Positions 18,338 through 28,718 are shown, numbered from the stretch's first letter. The stretch is 64,000 nucleotides of DNA from an uncultured delta proteobacterium (GCA_963753975.1 CAVWEH010000001.1:288001-352000); one strand, 5' to 3'. Notes: generated by a model not told the origin, from the sequence alone. Made by a program: numbers and translations.

Positions 18338-20388
18338 AAAATATCCCCCGCTACAATCACGCAAACTTTAACGCGGCCTTAGCCCCGAAGGGCAGGTTCC
18401 GCATTCTGCTGCCGCTGATCCTGATGATGATCTTCCTCTCCCCCTTCCCTGTGGTAGCCCAAGACCTTACTTGCAGCGACCTTCCCAAACTGATGGAAGC
18501 ATTCTACGCCAAACACTACGTGATGAAGAGTACCACCCCGGAGATCAGGATGCACGCTGTGGACCAGATGGTCAAGCGCCTTGATCCCTCTAAAACGCTG
18601 CTGTACGAGTCTGATTTGAAAAAGCTCAAACCGCTTCTCGCGGACCTGTTTGAAGGCGCGGGAAAAGGCAACTGCGCCTCGCTCCAGTCGGTTTATGACC
18701 TGCTTGTTGCCCGGGTACGGGAGAATGAAACCATCGTCAAAAAGATTCTGGGGCCGGACTTCCGTCTGGACATGATGACGGAGCTGAATATCAACGTGGA
18801 CAAACGCCCCTATCTGAAGACAATGACAGAAAAGCAGGGGCTTCTGAAAAAGATCGTGCAATTCCAGATCGAAAACTCACTGCTCGCCGGCATTGACCTG
18901 GCAACAGCTAAAAAGAAGCAGATACACCGCTACGAGTTACAGACGATGCGGGTGGTTGAGCAAAATCCCGCCGAGCTCATTACAACCTCCGCCGAGGCCT
19001 TCGCCCTGGCCCTGGATCCGCACACCAGTTACCTGCCCCCCAAAGAGCTTGAGGATCTCCAGATTCAGATGAATCTTTCTCTGGAGGGGATCGGGGCTAT
19101 TCTGAGCAGCGACACCGGCTTTACCATTATTGAAGAATTGGTTCCCGGGGGCGCCGCTGAGAAAACCGGTCTGTTGAAGCCAAAGGATAAAATCATCGCC
19201 GTGGCTCAGGAAGGGGAAATGCCCGTTGACGTCATCGACATGGATCTGCGCGACGTTATCAGCATGATCCGCGGCAAGAAAGGCACACGAGTAACCCTAA
19301 CGATCCTGCGGCAGGGGAAGCGCAAGGAGCGCTTTGATGTAACCATCACGCGCGACAAGATCGACGTGAAGGAGCAGGAGGCGAAGATCACCTACGAGAT
19401 TCGGAAAGTGAGCGGAAGGCAGTATCGCTTCGGTGTAATCGATCTTCCTTCCTTTTACGGCGGCGAAAAGGGCGGCAAATCCAGTTACGAAGACGTGAAA
19501 AAACTTCTTGCCGAGGCAAAAAGACAGCGAGTGGACGGCATCGTGCTGAACCTGTCGCGCAACGGCGGTGGGCTGCTCGAAGAGGCGGTGCGCCTTACCG
19601 GCCTTTTTATTGGTAATGGTGGAATAGTAGCGGTCAAGGACAGCCAGGGGCGGGAGACGATTCTTGCCAATGGTTCTGCCGCATCGGGAAAGGACGGTGA
19701 CGAACGCCGCATCAATGCGGCCCCTGCGGAGGATCCACGGGCACTCTACCTGGGCCCCCTTGCCGTTCTGACGAGCCGCCTCAGTGCGTCGGCAAGCGAA
19801 ATAGTCGCGGGCGCTCTGCAAGATTACCACCGTGCGGTGATCGTCGGCTCGGACCATACCTTCGGCAAGGGTTCCGTGCAGGCGCTAATGCCGCTGCCCT
19901 GGGAGCTTGGCGCAATGAAGGTCACAACGGCGTTATACTTCCTGCCCGGCGGCAAATCGACGCAGAAGACGGGTGTGATGGCGGATGTCAGGCTGCCCGG
20001 CTGGTTTGTATTAGAAGATATCGGTGAAGCGGCGCTGGACTATCCGCTGCCGGCTCAGGCGATCGAGCCCTTCCTGGGCGTGCGGGAGAAAGCTGCGCCG
20101 CATTGGAAGTCTGTTGACGAGCCACTGATCGCAAGGCTTTCGTCCAAATCGCAGAGCCGCGTGGCGAAAAACGCAAAGTTTGCCAAAATCATCAAAGACA
20201 ACAAAGAAGCCGCGGAAAAGAAGGGCATCATCCAGCTTGATGATTTACGCAAGACGATAAAGGACGAAGACGCAGACATTGAGAATGAAACGCGTTCCGA
20301 ACAAAGGCAAAAGGCCCGGGAGCAGTATGCGCCTTTTGTAAACGAGAGCGTCAACATCCTGCTCGACGAAGTAGTGAGACTCAACTGA
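18313..20388 (+). CDS. prc: Tail-specific (carboxy-terminal processing) protease, S41 family
   Basis: LDPHTSYL, LEGIGA, PDZ, NGGGLL, SASASEIVAGALQDY, TFGKGSVQ; true start uncertain. Confidence 0.92.
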   Translation: MNRKISNGENIPRYNHANFNAALAPKGRFRILLPLILMMIFLSPFPVVAQDLTCSDLPKLMEAFYAKHYVMKSTTPEIRMHAVDQMVKRLDPSKTLLYESDLKKLKPLLADLFEGAGKGNCASLQSVYDLLVARVRENETIVKKILGPDFRLDMMTELNINVDKRPYLKTMTEKQGLLKKIVQFQIENSLLAGIDLATAKKKQIHRYELQTMRVVEQNPAELITTSAEAFALALDPHTSYLPPKELEDLQIQMNLSLEGIGAILSSDTGFTIIEELVPGGAAEKTGLLKPKDKIIAVAQEGEMPVDVIDMDLRDVISMIRGKKGTRVTLTILRQGKRKERFDVTITRDKIDVKEQEAKITYEIRKVSGRQYRFGVIDLPSFYGGEKGGKSSYEDVKKLLAEAKRQRVDGIVLNLSRNGGGLLEEAVRLTGLFIGNGGIVAVKDSQGRETILANGSAASGKDGDERRINAAPAEDPRALYLGPLAVLTSRLSASASEIVAGALQDYHRAVIVGSDHTFGKGSVQALMPLPWELGAMKVTTALYFLPGGKSTQKTGVMADVRLPGWFVLEDIGEAALDYPLPAQAIEPFLGVREKAAPHWKSVDEPLIARLSSKSQSRVAKNAKFAKIIKDNKEAAEKKGIIQLDDLRKTIKDEDADIENETRSEQRQKAREQYAPFVNESVNILLDEVVRLN

Positions 20389-20636
20389 AAACGAGCACAG
20401 CAAAGGTTGAAGTGTTAGTCGAACTAATGAAACTCCAATTTCGAAAGCGAAGCACATAGAAATTGGATAGTTGAATTATCCCCGCCATAGGCGGAGGATA
20501 TCGAAGATATCTGTGATATCCCCGAAGCAAAGCGTAGTGGGGTAGTGAGTCCCAAGTTTTAGAAGCGTAGCGCACTGAAATTTGTTGGACGAACTATCCC
20601 CGAAGCAAAGCGTAGTGGGGTAATGACACTCGCTAA
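20372..20636 (+). repeat. Cluster of GA-mismatch hairpin units (20372, 20425, 20543, partial 20621)
   Basis: Same unit architecture; 28 bp direct repeat TATCCCCGAAGCAAAGCGTAGTGGGGTA at 20517 and 20595. Confidence 0.9.
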
Positions 20637-20812
20637 AACAGCACCTTTTGGCGTTGTATATCTGTTAGGCAATTGTTCCCATAAAAGGTACATTTAGTGA
20701 ATAATAAGACAATGCGTCCTGGGGGATATTCAAAAACAAATAATTGTCCGAAAATTTAGTTGGTGCACAAAATGCACATTGCAAATAATAATAAGCTTGG
20801 GGATAGCAGGAC

Positions 20813-21195
20813 GTGACTGAAAAAAATATCATAATGCAAGATACAAAAGGGCAAGTGGTTTTATACAAGAACCGGCTGGAAGTCCGTTTAGAAAAGGATA
20901 CTGTCTGGTTAAGCCTGAGTCAATTGGTAGATTTATTCGAACGTGACAAGTCCGTTATCTCAAGACATTTACTCAATATATTTAAATCAAAGGAGTTAGA
21001 CAAAGCATCAACTGTTGCATATTTTGCAACAGTTCAAAAAGAGGGTGGTCGAATTATTGAACGGAATATCGAATATTTCAACTTAGATGCAATCATCTCT
21101 GTTGGCTATCGTGTTAATTCAATTCGAGGCACTCAATTCCGCATTTGGGCAACAAATGTTTTGCGGCAGCATCTGGTTGCCGGTTATACCATTTA
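20813..21195 (+). pseudogene. RhuM-family protein N-terminal part, truncated at a CCCCGTTAGA end
   Basis: TVWLS..Q..DLF.RDKSVISRH, NLDAIISVGYRVNS.RGTQFRIWA..VL..HL..GYTI; family-like sequence stops at the repeat. Confidence 0.8.
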
Positions 21196-21216
21196 CCCCG
21201 TTAGAGGCGAATATTT

Positions 21217-21465
21217 ATGCATTATGTGTACGTGCTTAAGAGCATAAAAGACAAAAAAATGTATACGGGGTGCACAGAGGATTTACGGAAGCGTTTTCGT
21301 GAGCATAATATTGGGAAGGTTAATTCCACAAAAGGGCGAGGGCCTTTTGAATTAATATACTATGAGGCCTCGTCAGATAAAACAGATGCTTTTGCCCGAG
21401 AGAAATATCTGAAATCAGGGATGGGGAAAGATCATGTTCTATGTAAAGGGGATTTACCCCGTTAG
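21217..21465 (+). CDS. Stand-alone GIY-YIG nuclease
   Basis: YVYVLKS...YTGCTEDL.KR..EHN.G...STK.R.PFELIYYEA.....A..RE.YLKSG.G. Confidence 0.9.
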   Translation: MHYVYVLKSIKDKKMYTGCTEDLRKRFREHNIGKVNSTKGRGPFELIYYEASSDKTDAFAREKYLKSGMGKDHVLCKGDLPR

Positions 21466-21547
21466 AAATTGCCTAACTTAAAGCTCCAGAACTTAGAAAA
21501 CCTCCTCAGGAGTTAGTTTTATATGAATAAAAAGATTTCTAACGGGG
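21457..21547 (+). mobile_element. 91 bp CCCCGTTAGA-family element followed by a second right end (to 21565)
   Basis: CCCCGTTAGAAAT...ATTTCTAACGGGG then AAAAAATCTCTAACGGGA. Confidence 0.88.
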
Positions 21548-22245
21548 AAAAAATCTCTAACGGGATAAAAAGCTGGCCCAAGGACGACCGGCCGAGGGAG
21601 AAACTGCTTAAGCGCGGCGCAGGCACTTTGAGCAACTCCGAGCTTCTGGCGATACTTCTGCGCACCGGAGTTAAAGGCAACAGCGCCATTGATCTCGCGA
21701 GAAAAATACTTAGTAAATTCGATACATTTCGCAATATGAGCCACTCTGATATCCGCGATTGGAAAGAATTTAAAGGTTTAGGCCCCGCCAAAATTGCACA
21801 AATAAAAGCCGCGTTGGAAATCGGCAGGCGTTTCCGTGAAGATGAAGTAGTGAGTGTCAAGCAAAAAATTGCCACGGCCGGGGATGTCGTCGATATCATT
21901 ATGCCGCAAATGCGCGACCTCAAGACGGAGGTCTTTAAAGTTGTCTACCTCAACAGCAACAACGGAATAATTGATATTGCCGATGCGGCTCAAGGCACTG
22001 TAAATCAGGCCGCGCCGATTGTCCGGGAAATTATTCATACGGCATTACAAAAATTTGCCGCCTCTATTATTTGTGTTCACAATCACCCCAGCGCGAATAT
22101 TGCACCCAGCCCGGAAGACAAAAAAATAACGGCGGAGTTATCAGCCGCATGCAAGCTGATGGGAATCAGAATGCTGGATCATATCATCATCGGCGACGGT
22201 AGCTACTTTAGTTTTACAGATGAGGGAATGCTTGAATCAATATGA
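21523..22245 (+). CDS. radC: RadC (JAB domain) protein
   Basis: RPREKLL..GA..LS..ELLAILLRTG, GLGPAK, HNHPS...PS.ED, LDHIIIG. Confidence 0.95.
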   Translation: MNKKISNGEKISNGIKSWPKDDRPREKLLKRGAGTLSNSELLAILLRTGVKGNSAIDLARKILSKFDTFRNMSHSDIRDWKEFKGLGPAKIAQIKAALEIGRRFREDEVVSVKQKIATAGDVVDIIMPQMRDLKTEVFKVVYLNSNNGIIDIADAAQGTVNQAAPIVREIIHTALQKFAASIICVHNHPSANIAPSPEDKKITAELSAACKLMGIRMLDHIIIGDGSYFSFTDEGMLESI

Positions 22246-25037
22246 TTAAGAGCGAAGCTCAAACCAGAAAAGAGATTATTGATAAACGGCTCTTGCAGGT
22301 TGGCTGGAATGTGAAGAATCCTCTTCACGCCACGGAGGAGTTAAGTATTTGGATTGGTTTGCAGGAAGGCGTGCATGAGCCGCAGACTATTTATCAGGGG
22401 CAGCTTTTTGTAGATTATGCACTTCTTGGTGAAGATGGCACGCCGGTTGCTGTTGTAGAAGCGAAAAAGACTTCAACTGAGGCGGAGCGAGGCAAAGAGC
22501 AGGCGCGTAATTATGCTGAGAAAATTCAGAAAAATCACGGCGGGCCTATACCCTTCGTTCTTTACACAAACGGCTACGACATTTTCTTCTGGGATACAGA
22601 TCGTTACCCACCCCGCAAGGTTTACGGATTTCCATCAAAAGCCGACTTGGAGCGCATCCAATTTTTGCGTGATAACAGCAGACCTCTATCCAGTGAATTA
22701 ATCAATACTATAATAGCTGGAAGGCCATACCAAATAGAGGCAATTCGTTCTGTTTTGGAAGCTCTGGAAAAGAAACGGCGTAAATTTCTCTTGGTTATGG
22801 CAACTGGCACAGGCAAAACACGCACCTGCATGGCGCTGCTTGATGTTCTAATGCGCACTAATTGGGTTCAGCGCGTTTTATTTCTTGTGGATCGCATCGC
22901 TTTACAGGAGCAAGCACTTGATACATTCAAGGAGTATCTACCTAATGCGCCTATATGGCCAAAGCAAGGTGAAAAAGAATTTGTGACAGATCGGCGTGTC
23001 TATGTATCAACTTATCCGACAATGCTCAATATCATTGAACAGGAAAATTGTCCGCTGACAGCTCATTTTTTCGATCTGATTGTTGCTGATGAAAGTCATC
23101 GTTCCATTTATAACGTTTATAAAAATATTTTCGAGTATTTTGATTCCGTACAGCTAGGGCTTACGGCTACGCCGAAGGATCATGTTGACCACAATACTTT
23201 CTCGCTTTTTGAATGCGACAACGGATTGCCGACATTTGCTTATTCGTATGAAGAAGCAATCAATAACATCCCGGCTTATTTATGTGATTTTGAAGTATTG
23301 AAAATAAGAACAAAATTTCAACAAGAAGGCATTAATAGTAAGACAATTGCGGAACACGACAGAAAGAAACTATTAATTGAAGGTCGTGATCCGGATGAAA
23401 TCAGCTTCGAAGGAACAGAGCTGGAGATAAAAGTATCCAACAAAGGCACTAATGCGCTCATTGTCCGCGAGTTTATGGAAGAGTGTATTAAAGACGCAGA
23501 TGGCGTGCTGCCCGGTAAAACCATCTTTTTTGCGTTATCTAAAAAGCATGCATATCGGCTCTGTGAAGTATTTAACGCTCTATATCCCGAATATAAAGGA
23601 CAGCTCGCCGAAGTAATCATTTCCGACGTAAAGGGAGTGCACGGCAAAGGAGGCATTCTTGACCGTTTCAAAAACAACGACATGCCACGTATTGCTATAA
23701 GCGTTGACATGCTAGATACCGGCATTGATGTGCGGGAAGTTGTAAATCTGGTTTTTGCCAAGCCTGTTTTCTCCTACACAAAATTTTGGCAGATGATTGG
23801 CAGAGGTACCCGTGTTCTTGATCCTGAAAAGATCAAACCCTGGTGTCCATCCAAAGATAAATTTCTGATCATGGACTGCTGGGATAATTTTGAATATTTC
23901 AAAATGAATCCCAAAGGCAAAGAGCAGAAGCCTACCCGGCCTCTTCCCGTAAGATTGTTTGAAGCCAGGTTGGACAAACTGCAAGCGGCGCTGGAAATGC
24001 AGGATGAAACAATATCTCAAAAGACCGTACAGCAAATCAAAAAAGATATTGATTTACTTCCAGCCAACTCCGTTATTGTTCTTGATGGGAAAGAATACAT
24101 CGATTATGCGCAAGACGTATCTTTCTTTAGTAAAATTACACCGGAAGCAGTCGGATTTCTGCGGCAAAATGTTGCGCCAATTATGCGGGCAAAATCTGAT
24201 GCTGATTTTAAAGCCATGCATTTTGAATTGAATGTTGTAGAGGTATCGACAGCTCATCTTGTAAAAGATAAAGAACGTTTTGAGGTATTGAAAGAAGGTT
24301 TAGTCGAAATCATTAGTGAACTTCCGCTTTCGGTAAATATTGCTGCTAAACAACAAGCGTATATTGAAAAAGTGACCGGTAATAATTTTTGGCACACCCT
24401 GGTAGATAATGATTTTGATGAAATGGTGGTCAGGCTTGCCCCGTTGATGAAGTTCAGGGAGCAGGACAAAATAATTGAAGTTAAAACGGATTTAACCGAT
24501 CTTCTAACTGTTAAAGAATATATAGAGTTTGGGCCAGAACATGAACGGCTGACGATTAATAAATATCGTCAGAAGGTTGAAGAATTAATCAGGGAAATGG
24601 TTAAAACCAATAAATCTCTGCAAAAAATAATTGCTGGTGAAGATTTAACCAATCAAGAGATAGAAGAACTTGCAACAATCCTGCGCGACAAATATCCCAA
24701 TGTCACGGAATTAATACTACAAGAGATTTATGATAACCGTAGTGCCAAATTTATTCAGTTTATCAAGCATGTGCTTGGGCTGGAACCATTGGAGACCTTT
24801 ACGGAGAAAGTATCGTTTGCCTTTGATGAATTTATCCGGGCGCACAACAACTATGGACAACAACAAATTCAATTTTTGCAGACATTAAAAACATTCGTTC
24901 TACAAAAAGGCAAAATTGAGAAAAGCGATTTAGTCCATGCGCCATTTACGCAACTACACCCACAGGGGATTCGCGGTGTATTTAAACCTGGCGAAATTGA
25001 CGAAATTATAAACCTGACGCAGAAGCTTGCGGCATAA
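22242..25037 (+). CDS. hsdR: Type I restriction enzyme R subunit
   Basis: DY.L....VVEAKK nuclease motif, MATGTGKT, DESHRS, LTATP, QMIGRGTR. Confidence 0.94.
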   Translation: MIKSEAQTRKEIIDKRLLQVGWNVKNPLHATEELSIWIGLQEGVHEPQTIYQGQLFVDYALLGEDGTPVAVVEAKKTSTEAERGKEQARNYAEKIQKNHGGPIPFVLYTNGYDIFFWDTDRYPPRKVYGFPSKADLERIQFLRDNSRPLSSELINTIIAGRPYQIEAIRSVLEALEKKRRKFLLVMATGTGKTRTCMALLDVLMRTNWVQRVLFLVDRIALQEQALDTFKEYLPNAPIWPKQGEKEFVTDRRVYVSTYPTMLNIIEQENCPLTAHFFDLIVADESHRSIYNVYKNIFEYFDSVQLGLTATPKDHVDHNTFSLFECDNGLPTFAYSYEEAINNIPAYLCDFEVLKIRTKFQQEGINSKTIAEHDRKKLLIEGRDPDEISFEGTELEIKVSNKGTNALIVREFMEECIKDADGVLPGKTIFFALSKKHAYRLCEVFNALYPEYKGQLAEVIISDVKGVHGKGGILDRFKNNDMPRIAISVDMLDTGIDVREVVNLVFAKPVFSYTKFWQMIGRGTRVLDPEKIKPWCPSKDKFLIMDCWDNFEYFKMNPKGKEQKPTRPLPVRLFEARLDKLQAALEMQDETISQKTVQQIKKDIDLLPANSVIVLDGKEYIDYAQDVSFFSKITPEAVGFLRQNVAPIMRAKSDADFKAMHFELNVVEVSTAHLVKDKERFEVLKEGLVEIISELPLSVNIAAKQQAYIEKVTGNNFWHTLVDNDFDEMVVRLAPLMKFREQDKIIEVKTDLTDLLTVKEYIEFGPEHERLTINKYRQKVEELIREMVKTNKSLQKIIAGEDLTNQEIEELATILRDKYPNVTELILQEIYDNRSAKFIQFIKHVLGLEPLETFTEKVSFAFDEFIRAHNNYGQQQIQFLQTLKTFVLQKGKIEKSDLVHAPFTQLHPQGIRGVFKPGEIDEIINLTQKLAA

Positions 25038-25061
25038 AGTAAATAGTAAGGAATAGTTGTT

Positions 25062-26612
25062 ATGTTGATGCCCGAAATGAAATCTCTGATCAATGCTCTA
25101 TGGGACAAATTCTGGAGTGGCGGCATATCTAATCCGCTTACCGCAATTGAGCAAATATCTTATCTGCTATTCATGCGCCGTCTGGATGAAATGGATACAA
25201 AACTAGTAAATGACGCCGAGTTTACGGGCGATAATTATAACTCCATTTTCAAGGGGAAGTTTAAACTGCCATCGGGTGAAACCATTGATAAAAAAACTTT
25301 ACGCTGGAGTCACTTCAAACAGATGGAAGGCGGTGAAATGCTCCGTCATGTGCAAATCAATGTATTTCCATTCATTAAGCAGCTTAATGGTAGTAATACA
25401 ACCTTCACGAAACATATGGAAGACGCTGTGTTTATTATACCTAAAGCTTCGCTTCTAGTGGAAGCAGTCATCATTATCGACCGGCTATATGATGAAATTG
25501 AAAAACAGATGCAGTCTGGTCAAATTTTTCATGACACGCAGGGCGATATGTATGAATTTTTGCTTTCTGAAATTGCTACTTCCGGTAAAAACGGACAGTT
25601 TCGCACGCCACGCCACATCATTGCGCTCATGTGCGAGCTTGTTGACCCGAGGATTCCAGATTTGGTTTGTGATCCTGCCTGCGGTACCAGCGGTTTTTTG
25701 CTCGGCGCTTATCAACACATCCTTACCCAACATACGAGTAAGGAGAATCTTTTTATCGATGAAAATGGTTTTACCCGCGGTAGCCTGGGTGACAAGCTTA
25801 CTGACAAAAAGCTCTGGAAGCATTTGAAAGAGACAACTTTTTACGGGTATGATTTTGACTCAACCATGGTGCGTATCGGCCTTATGAACATGATTCTGCA
25901 TGGCATTACCAATCCCAATATTAAGCGGAAAGACACGCTTTCCAAAAAATATAACGAAGACAATAAATACAACTGTATCTTTGCCAACCCGCCATTCAAA
26001 GGCAGCATTGACAAAGGGGATATCAACGAAACCCTATCACTTGCGACTACCAAGACAGAACTTTTATTTGTCAATCGCATTATTAATTCTTTGCGCATCG
26101 GCGGCCGTGCAGCGGTGATTGTGCCGGATGGCGTGCTCTTTGGTTCAAGCAACGCGCATAAAGATTTGCGCAAAATGCTTATTGAAAAGTGCGAACTTCA
26201 GGGCGTAGTATCCATGCCCAGTGGTGTGTTCAAACCCTATGCCGGAGTGAGCACAGCGATTATTGTTTTTGTAAAAGGTGGCACAACAGAAAAAGTTTGG
26301 TTCTACGACATGCAGACCGACGGATTTTCACTGGATGACAAAAGAGAGAAAATCGAGGCAAATGATCTGCCGGATATTGTAAAGAATTGGAAAGTTCGCA
26401 ACAAAAGCAAAAGCGATAACCGCACAGCCAAACACTTCTTTGTGCCTGTAAAAGAAATCATTGATAACGGTTTTGACCTTTCCATCAATCGCTATAAAGA
26501 AACCATATATATTACAACTGAGTATGAGAAGCCGAAAGTGATTTTGGGAAAGATTGAAGCTATTGAGAAGGAAATAATGGATGGGATCAAAGAATTAAAG
26601 AAGATAATGTAA
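25062..26612 (+). CDS. hsdM: Type I R-M N6-adenine methyltransferase
   Basis: GQFRTPRHI, DPACGTSGFL, ANPPF, VPDGVLFG. Confidence 0.96.
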   Translation: MLMPEMKSLINALWDKFWSGGISNPLTAIEQISYLLFMRRLDEMDTKLVNDAEFTGDNYNSIFKGKFKLPSGETIDKKTLRWSHFKQMEGGEMLRHVQINVFPFIKQLNGSNTTFTKHMEDAVFIIPKASLLVEAVIIIDRLYDEIEKQMQSGQIFHDTQGDMYEFLLSEIATSGKNGQFRTPRHIIALMCELVDPRIPDLVCDPACGTSGFLLGAYQHILTQHTSKENLFIDENGFTRGSLGDKLTDKKLWKHLKETTFYGYDFDSTMVRIGLMNMILHGITNPNIKRKDTLSKKYNEDNKYNCIFANPPFKGSIDKGDINETLSLATTKTELLFVNRIINSLRIGGRAAVIVPDGVLFGSSNAHKDLRKMLIEKCELQGVVSMPSGVFKPYAGVSTAIIVFVKGGTTEKVWFYDMQTDGFSLDDKREKIEANDLPDIVKNWKVRNKSKSDNRTAKHFFVPVKEIIDNGFDLSINRYKETIYITTEYEKPKVILGKIEAIEKEIMDGIKELKKIM

Positions 26613-26613
26613 G

Positions 26614-27771
26614 ATGCGACTAGTGAACATTACTGAAGCAGTTGAAAATACAAATAGCCGTGTTAAACCATTTACTGGCCAGCGCCAATATATGGCTACC
26701 GGCGATTTATCTAAAAACAAAATTAATGAAATGATGGCAGTTGACTATGAAACAAAACCAAGTCGTGCTGATTTACTTGTAAATGCTGGCCAAATTATTT
26801 TGGCGCGCATGAAAGCCACAAATAAAGTTCTTTTAATTGATCAATCCAGTAAAGATTTTATTGTTTCCACTGGGTTTATAACACTTACGCCAAAGAAAGG
26901 GTTCAATTCTGGTTATCTATCTCATTATTTTAAGTCTGGTTTTTTTCAATCACAAAAAGATAAATATTGTACTGGTGCAACTCAAAAAGCAATAAACAAT
27001 ACTTCCTTAAAAAAAATAAACGTTCCTTATTGTTCTATAGATGAACAACAAAAAATAGCTGCTATTCTCGACCAAGCCGATGCCCTGCGGAAAAAGCGCC
27101 AAGAGTCGCTCCGACTTCTGGATGCGCACTTGAAGTCGATGTTTCTGGAGATGTTCAAAAAAGGAACCCTTAATTGGAAAATCTGTAAAATAAAAGATAT
27201 TGCTGAGAATAAAAAAGGAAGCATGAGGACGGGCCCGTTTGGAAGCAGTCTGCTACATAGTGAATTTGTAGAAGAAGGCATAGCTGTACTCGGCATTGAC
27301 AATGCTGTGGAGAATAAATTCTTATGGAAAGAAAGAAGATATATTACTAAAGAGAAGTATTCTCAGCTGAAACAATACACCGTTCGTCCTGGTGATATTA
27401 TTATTACTATCATGGGAACATTAGGTAGATCCGCAGTGATTCCAGAAAATATTCCTCTTTCTATAAATACAAAGCATTTAGCTTGTATTACTTTAAGTAG
27501 AGAAATTGCTAATCCATATTTTATTAATTACACATTCCAATCTGATCCGGACGTAATTCGTCAGCTAAGTGGGAAGAAACGTGGCGCTATTATGGATGGA
27601 TTAAATCTGACGATAATTAAAGAATTAGACATAAAGTTGCCTCCTTTAGCATTGCAGGAAAAGTTTGTTACGATATTGAAAAAGGTCGAATTTCAAAAAG
27701 ATCAAATGAATAAATCCCTCACCGAAATTGACACTCTCTTCAACGCTCTTTCACAACGGTATTTCGGGTGA
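26614..27771 (+). CDS. hsdS: Type I R-M specificity subunit
   Basis: EQQKIAAILDQAD.LRKKR spacer helix, TGPFGS.L, LPPL.LQEKF; AT-rich. Confidence 0.93.
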   Translation: MRLVNITEAVENTNSRVKPFTGQRQYMATGDLSKNKINEMMAVDYETKPSRADLLVNAGQIILARMKATNKVLLIDQSSKDFIVSTGFITLTPKKGFNSGYLSHYFKSGFFQSQKDKYCTGATQKAINNTSLKKINVPYCSIDEQQKIAAILDQADALRKKRQESLRLLDAHLKSMFLEMFKKGTLNWKICKIKDIAENKKGSMRTGPFGSSLLHSEFVEEGIAVLGIDNAVENKFLWKERRYITKEKYSQLKQYTVRPGDIIITIMGTLGRSAVIPENIPLSINTKHLACITLSREIANPYFINYTFQSDPDVIRQLSGKKRGAIMDGLNLTIIKELDIKLPPLALQEKFVTILKKVEFQKDQMNKSLTEIDTLFNALSQRYFG

Positions 27772-27890
27772 AGATAAAGATGGTTGGTGAATTTATTTCA
27801 AAGAGATCATGGCAACCATCAACGGCGATAGGAATTTATAGTGGATAATTAGCTGCGACATTCAAACAAACGAGTAAATAGGATTAGCGC

Positions 27891-28718
27891 GTGCAACGGC
27901 TTAATGTGAGACAATCTCAGATTAGAGAATGTATTGAAAAATCGCTCTTCGCGATTGATCAAACACCGCATTTCCATAAAGGGGAAATCCTTCTTTTACA
28001 ACTCGTTAAAACTGAAGCTCAAGGTTTAGGCAAACTGCGCGCGCGAATTGAATTTGCGCTCGTCTATGACCGCTACGAAGCTGACTATGCAGGCGAGATA
28101 AGTCGTCAACATTGGCCGCAGGCGGGAAAGACATGGAAATATATTCTTGTTTGTTCCGATACAATACCCACTATTCCATTTAGTCTGGAAGAGCTGCAAC
28201 TTTCAAATAAGTATGCAGGCCAAACCAATCCTCTGGCAATTAGTCAAGAAGACGAAGTTGTAATATCTCCTTATGTGTGGGGTAAATTAACCGGCTACGA
28301 ACTCAGGGATACGTTTGGCCCGAGTTTGGTTAAAGAAACACTTGGTAATTATGACGTGATTACACATCCCAAAAAGCAAAAAAAGATTATTGTTCCTGAA
28401 CACGAAGAATTCTATCGCGATCCCTTTTTATCCGAATCTTTAAAAGCGCTTTATGATCACAGATGCCAGGTTTGCGGAATGAATTTTAGAATTAAGTACG
28501 AAGAGCCATTTGCAGAAACTCATCATATTGATTCTTTGAGTAGCGGAGGATTGGATATCAGCAAAAATATTATTGTCACCTGCCCGAATCATCATCGAAT
28601 AATCCACAAAACTAGCGCTGAATTTGATCGCGCAAAACTTTTATACAAATATCCAAATGGATTAGAAGAGCGGTTAGTATTAGCTGATCACTTCGAACAA
28701 AAATCATTTTGGGCGTAG
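27891..28718 (+). CDS. HNH endonuclease with uncharacterised N-terminal domain
   Basis: LK.LY..RCQVCG...ETHHI..LS.GG.D...NI...CPNHHR.IH. Confidence 0.85.
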   Translation: MQRLNVRQSQIRECIEKSLFAIDQTPHFHKGEILLLQLVKTEAQGLGKLRARIEFALVYDRYEADYAGEISRQHWPQAGKTWKYILVCSDTIPTIPFSLEELQLSNKYAGQTNPLAISQEDEVVISPYVWGKLTGYELRDTFGPSLVKETLGNYDVITHPKKQKKIIVPEHEEFYRDPFLSESLKALYDHRCQVCGMNFRIKYEEPFAETHHIDSLSSGGLDISKNIIVTCPNHHRIIHKTSAEFDRAKLLYKYPNGLEERLVLADHFEQKSFWA

